This document shows positions 49,259-63,182 of a stretch of 64,000 nt of DNA, piece by piece (the first letter of the stretch is position 1; every line of letters begins with the position of its first letter). The DNA is taken from assembly GCA_976226885.1 (NCBI GenBank), contig OZ320316.1, forward strand, positions 58,032,001 through 58,096,000, read 5' to 3'. The notes under the pieces were generated by a model. That model did no database searches and was not told where the DNA came from. It was given only the letters and a program-made list of their open reading frames with translations. This stretch comes from Iphione sp. A-MEVVRFRX5. Its lineage: Eukaryota. Both the position numbers and the translations under genes were made by a program.

Positions 49259-51559
49259 TTCGCATGTATTGCGATCAAGGGAAAAAATGAGATGGCTTTA
49301 TACAATTTTTCAATTTACCATTGCACAATATTGATCGCAAAAAAAATCTGAAAAGAGCAGGTATCGACTTAATATGTCGAATCATAACATCCTCTCTTGA
49401 ATGAGTGCACCAGTGATCCGTGACAAGCCTAGACAAGCCTGTGCTTCACACAGTAGGTCCACGTACTATTGACCTTTATCCGTTGCGCTAACAAGCCTTG
49501 CCATGATAAAAAATGCAATGGTGCAGTGCTGGGCTTATTCCCTGGAGTGGTGGTGATACCGGTAATAGGATAATTTGGGACGTCTTAGCAAACAAGACAA
49601 GGTAGATGTTACAGTGATTGAATTGACACTACTGGTGTCCATACTGAATTTGTGGCACCCTCGACGGCAGTGAAGAATATGCTTGTGAAAAGTAATTACT
49701 CATCATATGTACCAAATTGCTCCTGCAGTAATTTAGGAACAATATTATTGTATTATAGCACTGCGTTTTTATATGGTGAATTTAGGATGTCAGTGGCTTA
49801 CAAGGAGGTTATTTATATTTTTACAGTTACCTCACAGGTAAGAGCTGACCATTAATTTATCTAGTTATCTTTTATTTAAGGGTTCTAAAGCCATGGTTTT
49901 AAGGTCCTATCATAGGTTCATCGGGTGACCAGCTACTTATTCTAAAAGTACTAATAGTATAGAAAGTTTTCTACACTTATGTCAATTTGGTTATTTCAAA
50001 TGACCACTGCTTAGTCTGACAGGTTAGTGTCATTATCTAATTCTTTCTATGTAAAGCGACCCAAGAATATAACATTACTTCTAAATATACTTTGTCCTCA
50101 TAAGCCTGTAACCGAAGTACGATTAATGAATGGTATTTCCTTAAGATCCTTGGAAAGCTACATATAACACAGACAGAACATATTTGCTACACATTCTGAG
50201 TTCGGTAAAATGATAATGTATATCAATGACACAGTGCAAATACGTACAAAATATAGATGCCTACTATTCATAATGCTCTCATCATTGCTTGATGATGTTG
50301 GACATTACTGCCAGCAAGCCACTAATCTGTAGGTTGAGTGATATCAATCTTATAAGAAAAACATCTAGTGTAAATGGATTTACATTTTGCAGATACGTTT
50401 ATAAATCTTGTATTTGTAATTCTTCCTTCACTACAATGTAACAACATATCACCTGTAAGATAATATAGTCTTCAAGGTATTTCCAAGAAGATCACAGCCT
50501 TTGTGAACAGAGGCCTGAAAGGTTACTCATTGCAACAAAAACTAAACAAAAGAAAGCCGGTACTTTTTTCGTAAATGGAAACTGGGGAAATAGGAGTCCT
50601 CGCCTAAATTTAGTCAGTTGTGGGTTTATTGTCTTCAAAAGAGACAGGGAACCGATATGTTCCTTCAACAGTGTTCCACGTGAAGTAGATAAAAAGAAAC
50701 GTCCTCGCTTCTGGCAGACAAAATCAACACAACAGCATGTGTGTACCTGGATTCTTTTCAACAATATCTTTATCATTTATACTACTGGAGAGCCTATAAT
50801 CAAATCATCAAAAGCATTGTTATCCCGTAGATTTCTTTCCAAAGAGATATAATACAAGAATATTTTAAACCGACAAAGAAGGGATAAGATGACTTCACAG
50901 GCCCTACAGCGCGTTGTCTTAAAGGGGGCCAAAGAATCGTTAACTTCAAAGTAATGAAAAGGTATCGCAATAAAAACATTACTTACCAAATTCACGATGC
51001 TGGTCTGAATGTTTACTGTGCATTAGGTTACTCAGAGGTCTGGGATTACGCCTTTGTGAGATTATCTATCGAACCCAGCTTCATTATTCCCACCGCACAC
51101 GTACCATAGCACACGTTTCCTTTTACGCATACATGAAAATCTGTAACATGATAAAGACTAAAATAAAACAAAGTCCTCGGCAATTTTTGAGCTTCTTCAA
51201 TGGGTTATAATTGCCCCCAGCAGATTAATTGTTGGGTACTCCCTCTAAAGATTTTTAACGTGTGGGAACATCGCCAAAGGCATAGTGTTCACAAAAGTGC
51301 ATTTAACACTCATGTTCCTATCCCAGGCCACGTTAGTGCGTCAAACTATCATCTGTGCAGTGATGATGTGTTCATCATAAAAGACTCATTTTGTCGTAAT
51401 TATCTCGTTTTAGGAGGCACCGTTACAAGGTTGTCTGAATCTGTCACATCTATTCCGGAAGGCATAAAAGCCCCAAGGCGAAATTTTCCAGCGTTCCAGG
51501 GGAAATCTATGTCTCGAAAGAAATGCGTCGAGGTGACAATTTGCTTGAATGTTCAAAAC

Positions 51560-51720
51560 ATCCTACACTATTCATCAGATATCTGCTCATTCCAGAAGGC
51601 AGCACCTATGCAAGATAGTTCTCATCCAACAAGGGAGGCAGTAGGTAGCATTTCTGGAGAACATACTGATGAAGAATCATGTCTGAAACGGTGCCACTGG
51701 AGAATATTGCCGCGGACGAT
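51560..51720 (+). mobile_element. Possible decayed LINE RT C-terminal fragment
   Basis: VQNILHYSSDIC (cf. VRPILEYxSxVW) and EESCLKRCHWRIL (cf. YEERLKxLxWxxL) lie within ORF 51200-51730. Confidence 0.35.
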
Positions 51721-51935
51721 GCCGCTATAAGGTCATTTTGGCGGCGATCCCATGTGTATCAATGCGTATGATACGACTCTGTTGAAGGCTGGCTGTTGTG
51801 CTGGAAGAGTGAATGTGCATAATCACGAACTGCTTCTCCCGTAAAGTCGGTGCTAGAGGCTGTTACGAAGTAGCAATGGTCGTGGTTGTGTATTCTTAGT
51901 TTATATTTGCGGTAGCATGTGCTACTTGTGGAGAA

Positions 51936-52400
51936 GTGTTCGGTGATGAGTGGCTGAAAAATGAGGGCATATTGCGCTTGTATGACAGAATTGCTTACTA
52001 CTCACTTCTGTGTGTTCATGATATGTTTTCTACTGGGTTACACAGGTCTAACATCATTGGCAGAACAAGAGGAGGCCAGGCTCCTAGGATTGAGCTATCA
52101 AGACCTAGGACTAGTACCTACCTAAAGGGGTTCCATTACCAGAGTGCAACACAGTGCAACCGCCTCAATGCCAAGACAAGGATGATGAAGAAGGCTCAGT
52201 ACAAGAGAGCATTGGATCAAAGCTTATTGCTAAATGGACTACGAAGCTTTGTCTAGTTAAATTTTGTGGTTATTCCTATAACTTTTTAAGTCAGCATAGG
52301 AATCCAGAAAAGTACTGCTGAGTGGCGTTTGAAAACCCCATTTCTGTTGTGACATCTGTTTGCTCAATAAAAAGATTTGACCTTGACTTTGACTTTGACT
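51936..52400 (+). mobile_element. 3' end of an L2/CR1-like LINE with poly(A) signal and short-repeat tail
   Basis: Encodes ILRLYDR...GRTRG...LSRPRTSTYLKGFHYQSATQCNRL...YKRAL (cf. TR...PRxRT...SFxY...WNxLP...FKxxL). AATAAA at 52366 is followed by (CTTTGA)n at 52376-52400. Confidence 0.8.
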
Positions 52401-55400
52401 TAGAAGCCTTCGTGTCTACTCACCACGTTGGTAGTCAAAGTGGTAAATAATAATTTTATCATAATTGTCCTTTTGTGTAGGTTTGGCAACCGTTTTTCAT
52501 ATTTCCAGGAATACCGTACAATACTTTTTTAAAAATTTACCCTGTAAGCGTCTTAGCAAAGCCTTCGTTCGCTGATAGGACAAAGAAAAGATGGATATAA
52601 AATGGCAACCACATCTTGGCCTCTCTCTTTCGGACTTCATCACAGTCATCAGGCTCATAAAACACCGTGTGCATCTGGTTGTCAGAACCTCTCGCGGCCG
52701 GAAGTGAAGTTGCGAGCATTAAATGTACGAAATGAAGCGTGAGCAGTTCACCTGGATAATTCGTTCGTGCAACTGATCTGTAGGGCCTCACTGGTCCTGC
52801 CGTTAGTCGGACACGGACAAAACGTCCACAGTACTGTCAATCAGCCACGCCCAACAACGGATGCCACTGTCTGGTATTTAAAGTCAATTTTAAACCACAC
52901 TTCATGCCGTGATTGAATTTTCAATAGAGAACATATTTTTCCCCATTCGATGAAAAAATCATTCGGTGATTTGTAAGCGACTGATCCTTTAGAAAGTAGA
53001 TTTATTTCTTGTTTCAGTGTTTCTTTTTATCTTAAAAAATGATTGACGCAGATATAAAGAAGAGCCATATATTTTTATGTCTTCATTCCATGCGTCACCT
53101 CCTAGTTACCTGTCTCTATTACTTTGATAATCAGGTGCTTAAGCTGCAGGTTATTTGATATGCTTGGGTTTCACCTCATTTCAGCGCAGTCCTCCACCGC
53201 TATTGCAGGACGTCAAAGCCTTATCCTTTGTAAGGGCAGTATGAAGACTGACCGACCCTTTTACATGATATCACTTGAAAAGAGAAGTTCTCACGTACCT
53301 CAAGAGTGATCGTAGCCATAATAATAAGACACTGCCCCATAAGTAAATCATTTAGGTCAGTGGAATATCGTAATGTCAGTTTACTGCATCTGGTATCAAA
53401 CAGATTTAGACGTATTTATTCCCAAACACTGGGATAGAAATCTGTTCTCATAAATTCACTGCCTAACAATCATAGCCGTAGGGCGTATTTCACCTTTTGC
53501 TTTGTGATCGGTACATGATATTTACCAACAGGGAGGCGAAATCTGATATCAATGCCTTTTGCTTTCCTTCTTTGGTTTACCTATTGTTTATTCGATTACC
53601 AAGAAATTGTATTTAGGTATTGTCCTTGACCTATAGCATCAGTGTAAACATTGATCACACCATTTCCTAATTACTTGTGTGTTAACAAGATTAGTGCTCG
53701 CTGTCTTCGAGCAAATTGGGTTAATATCCCGCTCGGCTATTGTCATCAGATTCACAAGTATCATTTTTTTTGTCTTTTCAACGAAAGCATATTCTTAGCG
53801 CGGTACACAAATGACAAGCAAACGACGATGTTGCGTAAGCTTCATGGAGAAATTAAAGGGGCACCTTGCACCAATTTGGTACAGAATAACGTATGGTTCA
53901 AGTGCACCTGCCACATACAGCTTCGACTATTGGCCAACGTTGCTGTCATGTATGGCGGAATTCTTTTGAGTCCTGAAGTACTTGGACGGCTTCCTATGGT
54001 TTAATTGGCAGACATTTCAGACTTGAGCAACAGATGGTTTGGTGACAGAAACTCATTATTACGGGTATTTCATCAAGCGTGCAAACCATCCAGGGATATA
54101 AAAGAGTGCATTACCTAATAAAATTGGAGTTCACATATGAAGTCGTACATTGGCTTTAATGTCTGGACCCAAAAATATTCCAACTGCAACGGTTAAGAAA
54201 AAGACCAGTTCTGAAGACAAAAATTCAAGGACGTGAAGCTGGTTATTCTGATGTCGCATCCGTCGATGCCATAAATAATCCAGTAAAAAGGTCCTTGCGA
54301 ACTTGTTGGAACATCTTACCGATGAGGACAGCCTCATTCTTTTTATTTCTACTCGCATTTGGATGGCAACCAATATTCTAAAGAAAAAAATAGATATAAA
54401 TGCTGGAAGTTTCGTTCAATAAGTGGCCGTCCTTGTCCTGTCAATACTTTGTGGACGAGGAACAAACCAAGCAATCTCCTTTCAATGAAAATTGGAGCTG
54501 ACAGGGCATAAACGGGTGCTGCAGGGAACCTATCTTTCCAAACACTACAATCCAAACTGTCAAGTGTCAATCGAACGTGAAAGATTTCATCAGTTCTTAC
54601 GCCCACCTAGTTGACACTGCGTCCGGTTATGATGGAAGGAATGCATGTTGGCATGCTATGTTTGTACCTAGGAAGCGGGCGTGTTTTGTCTTGCGTTTCC
54701 CGGATTCTCCGTGATAAGTTGTTTGTAGCAGTGCTTAAGGCTGCGGCCGGCTGTATCAGCGAGGTGCGAACCGTCCTGTGCACGCACGTCTGGCTGATGA
54801 CGCTCGGCAGACTACACCTTCTGGTATTAAATCTTCATCCTTTAAGTCCCAAGCACGCAAGCAGTCTGCAGAGGGTCGCAACTTCGACCAGGATTCCGGA
54901 AGCCAATTAATTGCTCGAGGGTATGGGATGGGGACAAATCAACACACCCTTCGGATTCCTAGCATAACAACCTCATTATAGACATGCTATGACAGGGCAA
55001 AGTTTTGCAGCGGCTTAGCTAAGTCCACGCCCGGAGTCGACTGCCTAATCAGGCCCCATGCAACGTCACAGAGGAATATTGGAAGTCGATGTGGCACTGT
55101 TACTCAGGGCCGCTCAGCATAGGTTCCCAGGCTTAGTGACCAGACCTAGCGTCTAATGATTAAACATATCCAACATTTTACTGGATCGGCAAGATAGGCA
55201 GAGCATCGACAGAGGTCATCCTCTGTTTTCCCTCGAGAACAGAAATAAGCTTCCTAAAGGCGAATCCTAATGGATTCACAGGGAAGACAAGTCTCTCTTT
55301 CTTTGTTCATGAATAGTTTCCCGGGTATTGACTGAGGCCATGCGGGGCAGTTGTATTGGCAGAGTTGGCGGCTTAATTAGATGGTGTCAATCAAAAGACC

Positions 55401-58400
55401 GACCAAGGTAAGGAACGGATTTGTCTGACAGTCGGATTGGAGGCGGTGTGACGCGACTATTTCCATAGGAAAGAAACACTAGGTCACTAAACAAGTAGCA
55501 GCACATTATCTATCACTGATCTGCAACCAAGGGGAAAGACGCCGAACACAATTTACTCTCAGTCCTTTCGATCGGGACTCTAAGGGATATAAATGAGTGT
55601 GGAATAAATAGTCTTACAATAACAAAAGCCTATCATTCATAAATAGAACAATACTAATTCTGACTAATAATTCGGCATCTATTCGTATTTTATATTCATT
55701 TTGAAGAATACAAAGTTTGGATCTAAGCACAAATTAGACTCAAATGGAAAGGAACCATGCTTCCTGTTGGTTGGAATCTTTACACAAGGTACATTAAGAA
55801 GCAATAAATAGTAGACAGAGAGTAAATAAGCAAAAATATAAATAATTAATATTTACTTGTAAAATAACTATTGCTATGGTCTTCATTCGAGGTCATCCCT
55901 AAATCTCTCCACCTGCGACTAAGCGAAACCAATCAAACCCTCAACAAAAAGAAATCAAATAAGTTATAATGGATAACTTCTTTGCAAAAGGTTAAACAGG
56001 TTATAACCCTTCTAATTTTAAAAGGTTTTAAAATGATCCGGTGTATGATATAAAAAGTTATGGCCTGGAAATATGTTCTAGCTTTGGTAATCTGGATACT
56101 GAATTATCCAGAAAGACTTGTAAAGTATGTGGCAAGAAGCCGCAAAATGGGGGTCTCGTGAAGTAAAAAGAAAGACAGGGAGGGAAAGAGAAGGAGAGAG
56201 TGACGATGACGTCATAGACGGTAGAAATGCCGGATCTCTTAAAGGCTCTAAGGGTCCGATGTCCCTTGAAGTCTGCTCTCATCCCATATATTCACTCAAT
56301 ACCTTTGGGCACCTAACATACCCACACGCAAATCCAATTCAGCTACTCTTGCCCCTGTGTGTGGGAACCTGCTCTGGCTGGTGGTTGACTTGGTGTATTC
56401 CAATCTCTCTGTGTTTGGTCTTTTCACATACCAACCAATGCATATGCCCTCAGAGTCCCTTACCTGAAGACTTTGGTACGTGCTTCTGGATACCCACTGA
56501 AGAGGGAATGATATACTCTTAATATAGGCCGTCTTCATATGGAAGTGCCTTCTTCTGGCCCTCTACCTCTTCTACATCCATATCACTATCCTCTTCCTGG
56601 CCATCATGAACTAAGCAGTAGACCGCTTCTCCCATGTGCTCGCACGTAAGGTCATTTGTTGCACGATCTATGTTCATAAACTCCTGAGGAGCGAATAGGG
56701 TCTAGTAGACCCTAGAGCTTTGTTTTCCATAGCATTCCTGGCTAGGGCAGCCAGGCACCACCTCTTGGTATTGTGGCTAGATTATTCCGCCTATTCTTCC
56801 ACAGATCTTTCTCTTCAGGCTTTCCGCCTGTTTTCCTATTCCAAAAGCAGCGAAGTTATCATCTCTCTGAAAGCTTCTGGCAAGATATCTTGCGATAACG
56901 CCATGATATCTTTACATCTTTACATCCCAATGCAAACCATTTCTGTCTTTCCTAGAAAACCTACTGCAGCTGGATACAGACCGTTTCTGGGTATATGCTG
57001 AAGTATGAATAGCCTCTCCATATACATGTACCTATTGTTTTGCCAATACTATCTCTGTCGCGTCTTTGAAGTTATTATGAGGAACGTACTGTGGATGTAT
57101 AGGAATAATTGATTAGGGGTGAGGACCTTTATGAAGGTAAGAGCAGACCTCAGAAAATCAAAGTCTGCTCATCCATTATTGAATCAGCAAATACGAGATC
57201 AAACGAACAATATATGTAGGGCTTTGTGCAAGGCTGCGTCGTGACTTGTACCTCCACCCACACCCAGCACATTAGCAGAACCACGTAAAAGCACTGCAAA
57301 CTTCGAAAGCTACCCTAAAAGTATAGTTTACATACATAAAATACGTAAAAATGGGTCCATACCTCTGTTTTCTTTATACATGTACATTAATCCCTGGGTT
57401 ACTATTAGAGTGTTAACTGTAAATACAGAGAAACCTCTACTCCCAGTCATTTTTCCCGAGGGCACTCGCAAAGAACAATTCAGCTTCTGGGCTGATTTTT
57501 CTTTCATATCGGAATCTTCTTGCAGCGGTCATATACGTTTCTTATATTTCTGTTACATCAGGAGTCTGTAATAATTTTTTCAATACTATACCACAATTTC
57601 TTCCTGTAGTTTTTAGCAGTCCCAGAGACTACAGCTGGTACACACATTGGTGGATTTCCCCATAGATATATCTGTAGCATAACACAAAACCAGGATAAGC
57701 AGGAAAGAATATATTTGAAAGGCAATGTTTGTAGAATCAACCTTCCCCTCCCAGTGCTAGGTTAACAGTCGAAGCCAAACTATCTAGTGATTGCTTGAAA
57801 GTGACTCTATTATACACTGAACCAAATCTGGTTTTGTCAAATTTTCATGTCGTTTCTCAATCATGTGGATTAGCTCTCTCTTTAGCTCTCTCTAGAATAC
57901 GGGTAATTATAGTAACATGCAAAACAAGGCTGTTACTCAATTCAAATTAAAATCGTTGAAAAACAGGTAGAAAGCTGCATTTTTCACCTATAACTTGTTT
58001 TCCCTCCTTGATGTAACACTTCGTACATATTAGAATAGAGCCATTTGCTTTCATAATAAAGAACTGACATATTCAACAATAACACATTTATTGTCTATAA
58101 AACAAGTCGCTGGAGACAATGCTTTCAAGCGGATTTATTTGTTGCACCCGCAGTACCTGACAGGGAAACAATATATCCACATACTGCCAGATGGATCAGG
58201 CAGGGAGGCATCAGTCGTCAGTGTGAAAGGACTGGAGATACCGTCCTTTCCTGTGATGTCTGTATGCAACTGGAGAGTGGTTCTGGCGTTTTGTTCTGTG
58301 GAGGCAATGACAGCCTCTTCAAATTTTCAATACAGTAGATAATAATGGTCAGTGGCACGTTAGAAACATTATAGGTCATCTCCGTGTCAAGCATTAAGAA

Positions 58401-58837
58401 ATATGATAGATTCTTCTACACGGATTTAACAAGACGATGATCTCTGCATCCCAATTATCATAATGAAGTACATTTCCGTTGTGCGTTCGATGAGAACAAC
58501 TTGGAAAGTTATCCTGGAACGACTCGAGGGAAGTGGCCGGATCGATGTTGGCATTAGCACAGGGATCGTCTGTCAGCGGTAACTGAGCATCGCCGAGCGA
58601 CAATAGCAATGTGATAATATCAGATTAGGTCGAGTAATGAGTATCCTTCCCACTTAGGTGGTGCTTACCTCTAGCTACTCACTAGTTGCAATGGATGCCG
58701 TGGCTCATGGTGTTCTCACTGCCGTGTACTGATTTTGTTCTGTGTGACTATCTGGCGTCCTCGAGCGTGCCGTTATGAATCTACAGAGGACTCTCGAGGC
58801 ACCGTAACGCTAGGTACAGGGCGTATGGACTTTGAAG

Positions 58838-58857
58838 CATGGGTGCATGCACCCATG
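58838..58857. repeat. Perfect 20-bp palindrome CATGGGTGCATGCACCCATG
   Basis: Seen directly in the sequence. Confidence 0.9.
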
Positions 58858-61239
58858 TGTGAATATGTAGATGCAAATCCAGACAGTTCCGGGGGTTTGT
58901 GTTGGTGGAGGAGACTTTTCCTAGATTTTATATGCTCCATGAAGAATGTGAATAGCAACGTGATATCCAGCCTATGAGTAGGGGTGATCTGCATGGCACC
59001 CTTAACTGCCTTTCTGTCTGGCTGTCAGCATATTGCAAAGGCTACTCGCACAAAGCCACCAAGTCGCGTGGAACGCAAGTGTATTCTCTCTTTCCCTTGG
59101 GATTTACGACACGCCAAGCCTCATTCTTCATCTTGCAATTAGCCAAGCCTGCACCGGTCGTCCTGGCTTGCTTTCAATCCTAACTAATGCAGTACAGCGG
59201 CAGGGGGGCCAAGTTATGTGCTGGGAGACTGCGCTGACGTCCACAAGAGAGACCTGGTGTCAACCACCAAGCGCCTGATAAACTTAATATCCACAGAACA
59301 GCATCATCAATCACTGGCCAGCGGAAGTCACGTGTCAAGAGCGGACAATGACCGTCATTGCTTGTTCTATTGTAGCGATACTTCAAATATAGTGTAAAGC
59401 AGCTTGATGGATCAGAATGTTACTCGGAAATAACTACAATGTTGAGGGGGAAATTACAATAAAAATGTAATTTAGCCGTCCTCTTTCCCTCTGCTACTTG
59501 TCAAAGGTGTACAACGTGCGCATTTATAACAGGGAAAAAGGGAAAGGGTCGGAGAATGCAGGAGGTGACAATAGCCTGATGATACTGATGACACGATTTG
59601 GGTGTGCTGAGTACCTTCGTCAACACTTTAAAGTTCTTTAAGTGGGAAAGTGACTAGGTGGACGACTAATATTGTCTAGTCTGAAAACCGGCAGTCCCTT
59701 CACCATTAGGCTCTACACCAGATACTCCTGCCTCGGCCCCCTCCGCCTCCTCCCAACGCCAACCCCCCCCCCCTGTGGAACAGGCACTGCAAAAAGTGGT
59801 GTGGTCGGGAGAATGGACGCTCACAAAGCCCATGCAATAAGAGATCGTTGATTACTTAGCAAAGGGCTTATGAAGCCATAACGCGTCTATCTCTGCTTCA
59901 TTATCGAGCCCTGTCGGAAGGACCACCCATGAACTAGATACCATATTTCTACGACGGGGTATACTGGTTGGGATCTGCCAGTGGCTGATTAAGGTCATTT
60001 CAGCAGTGATTACCCAGTGCAGCACTATGGGAGGAAGGACAAAGGCGTGTTGAAAATACATGCTGAAGACGACTGGAACAACGCCATTGCAATATCAATG
60101 GAAAGTAGGGTACTAATGGCATACCCGCCTTATGTTAATACGATTTGAATATCATGTTTGTTTCCTAAACACTGTGAACTAAATCGTCCCACGACAAGTG
60201 CAATTGCTGAAAGTCAACACATGTTCAATGCTGCAATCTAGGCACCCTGCTCATAACTGCAATCATTCTAGTCCCTCGCTCACCGGAGTCGAATTCCTGT
60301 CTTAGGCGTGGTTGTCACGCCTGTTCAGTTCTGTTTAATTACAAGACTGCTGTATATTTTAATACTTCCATTTAAGGCCCGCCTGTCTTATATACTCAGT
60401 TTTGTCTCATTTGGATTCTGCTGTACACTTGAATCTCACATTTATGGCAGGGATGTCTCGCCGTGATTACTTGAGACGTATTAGATCGATTAATATGAGC
60501 CTGTAATTTGTGCCCACCGCAACAGCCGATGGGTATGGCAATATTAATCAAGAGGTAAGTTGTCATATTCTGTATAGAGTAGTTAAGACGTCACTGCAAA
60601 TATCATGATCTATCATATCGATAGATATTTATCATATGGAACGTAGAGCTGAACAGTTGTCACGATTCTACCGTGTCGTCATATTCCTTGAAATATTACA
60701 AAATCGTTATCCCCCCCCCAAAGTCTAGGTCTGCGAACGATGTCGAAACATGTACATCTACAAGCTACAACAAACTAGGCTGCGCCAATCGTTTACAGGT
60801 CATGTGCGGGGCTTGCAGTGATGAATTATGCAAGCTCAGCGACGATGCGTGGCGCCTCTTCGCCGAAAGTAAGACTATGGCCTTTTTAACTACCTTTCAG
60901 AGATCCACGGCCTCCCTTACGATCGACATTTGTCTCAAGCACAATAGGAATCAATGGCGACCAGATTCAGCAGAGACACTCATAGAGCTATCGAGTGTCA
61001 TGCCTACTGGACTTTCATAGTCCAATGGCCGCGAACCTCATGATCCCAGGGTCCCTCCGATGCGCAGCCAGGGAGACTATCAGAATTGCTCTTGTCCTCA
61101 GACCGTTCCACATGACGTGCTAAGAAAATGAGGGCCGAAGTTTTTCTTTCCCTCATCGGAACTGAGACTATGTTGATTGTTTCTATTATAGTCCATCATA
61201 TTGGTTCAATATTGAGTACGCCATTTTTCCACTCGACAG

Positions 61240-61410
61240 TTGGAAATTGGAACAGCTGGATGGTGCTCGCCATGCCAGGAGTAGTTCTACAGCAGGATCC
61301 ATTCATGACCTTCCTGAAAGTGTGAACTGGTCTATCCCGAAAGTCTTCCCAGCTGAAGAAGGCCAGTTGCTCTATGGTGGCCATTACAGGTCCACAGGGA
61401 TCCTTCCGAG
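61240..61410 (+). other. Candidate 171-nt exon of an unidentified plus-strand transcript
   Basis: Acceptor ccatttttccactcgacag and donor AG|GTCAGT. Length is divisible by 3, with one 56-codon open frame (WKLEQLDG...STGILP). No homology recognised. Confidence 0.3.
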
Positions 61411-62879
61411 GTCAGTATTGTCGCTGGAACAGGGCCAAATCAATAGCTATCAGCCAGGGTGAGGGACGCATTTTTTCACAGAAAAAAATAACTTCGGTTT
61501 CTTCAACAAAAGACGGACTGCTGGAATAGAATATAGAATCACATACTTTATATTGTGAGATAGCATAAAAAAGATTCAGAATATTTTACGTGAGATAAGA
61601 TCACTTCCGTGGACTTTATATTGGCCAGAAGACGATCGATGTCGAATTGTTTTGTGAGTAAAAGCAAATTCCACTCGACAAACGATGCGTAGATGGCTGT
61701 TTATTTGCTATATATATCAGGGGAACAAGTGATCAATAACTAGCCTGAGGTACGTCATTACTCTTGTGTCCTTGGGTGTTAGATACAAAGCAGGAGGTCC
61801 TACGATGCGCCAGCTGTGCTTTAAAGTCTTTCAATAGGAGCAAATCTTTGACGGAATCATAGCTTGTATAGCGTTAGAGTGTTGGATTGATAGTACTCTA
61901 AAACGGAGGTGGCGTATCGTGGACGGGTATAGGCGATGCTTGGGTGTGAGGTTAGATATAGAGGTGAGAGGGTTGTAAAATGACTTCTCGAGGTAGCGGG
62001 GCGGCGTTACTGATGGTGATGAAGACCATGTGCCCTGCGCTCTGTCTCTGCAGCCACCCCATCCATGCATGGTGAATACACCAAGCCGTCTCTTGATAAC
62101 TCCAAACTCTTGCACTTTGTCCATTCATCTGCGGCCACAGGACCCACAGCGGAGTCGGCGCTGTATCAATAAGCTCTACATCAAGAAGGATAAATTCTAT
62201 CAATATCCAGGCAGAAATGTCACATTCTCCCTGACCTGAATCCGACAGCTCCCTGGTCATTTCCGCAGGCCCTAATCTTTTATGACAGCTTGCATTGCCA
62301 ATAAGGGATGCTAAAGGAATCCCATTAGTCTATATGCAATCACGATAGGGATAAATTTTATTAATGGTCAGAGGCATAACTAGGTTGAACATTTCGATGA
62401 CGGATTGAATTTTTGTCCGTCTTTAAGATGGTCGCTAAACACGCATACTTTTTTAGTAGCGAGAATATCAATATCTGAAAGAATCTTTCCTTAATTAATA
62501 GTCTTGAAATGATGTTTCTGTAACTATCGCGTTTACAAGGTTTTGCAATGGCAGAAATAAATCAAGTCAATTAATGTGACGGAACCTTCCGGTTTGAAGA
62601 CTACCGACCCGAGATACCAATATGAATGCTAATATGTAACGTTATTGATGGATGAAGACAAATTCAAGTTGCGATCGTTAAAAACAAGTTATTTTGACAT
62701 TATCCCATATCCCCTTACGCAAATGTGCAACATTTCCTGTGACTAGGCATCTTCTAGGTTGTGCTTAGAGAAATATCATTGATTTTCCAATTGCCTTCAC
62801 CTACTCTAGCGTCTTGTATTAAATCAGCGTAATGAAGTTTACTCCATTACTTTGGAAAGACAAGTGCCAAAAAGGCGTG

Positions 62880-63182
62880 GGCAGCCCGCTTCCGGCGACT
62901 TGTTCACCGGCTGCCAAAAGGGGAAGTTGGAGAAAGGCTCGCGATAAAATGGCGGCAACGTGCACTAACCCACCCACCCAGTCGGTCGATTATATAGCCG
63001 GGTGCTCGCACGTCCTGTCAGCAGGCATTGAGCTCCATACCCGTCTCACTGGCGCAGTCTGCTGATCACAGCCCTCCCGCCTGTCGTCTTGCTTGCCCTC
63101 CGCATCCGTCCCCACCCGCTCAGTCAGCCTCTTTTGTCTTCACTGAAGCAGTCATATCAGGACCTCGTCGCGGCAGCAATAG
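62880..63182 (+). promoter_or_regulatory. Housekeeping-type promoter or first-exon-like block
   Basis: CTTCCGG (ETS-like) at 62889, AAAATGGCGGC (YY1-like) at 62946, CpG-rich, and donor AG|GTAAAC at 63183. Confidence 0.35.

Noticed and set aside
51665-51695. CTGATGA-AGA..TCT-GAAAC, resembling a hammerhead ribozyme core
   Set aside because: Stem II lacks the G10.1-C11.1 pair, and I found no complementary stem III or NUH cleavage strand nearby.
56300-57050. Minus-strand stretch that looks like decayed coding sequence (acidic run DGQEEDSDMDVEEVE; FAAFGIG)
   Set aside because: There are multiple stops in every frame and no identifiable family. The AAFGIG match to the iGluR appears coincidental.
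61240-61325. VGNWNS peptide suggesting a second iGluR on the plus strand
   Set aside because: The frame stops after about 28 codons, and no other iGluR motifs occur on the plus strand.
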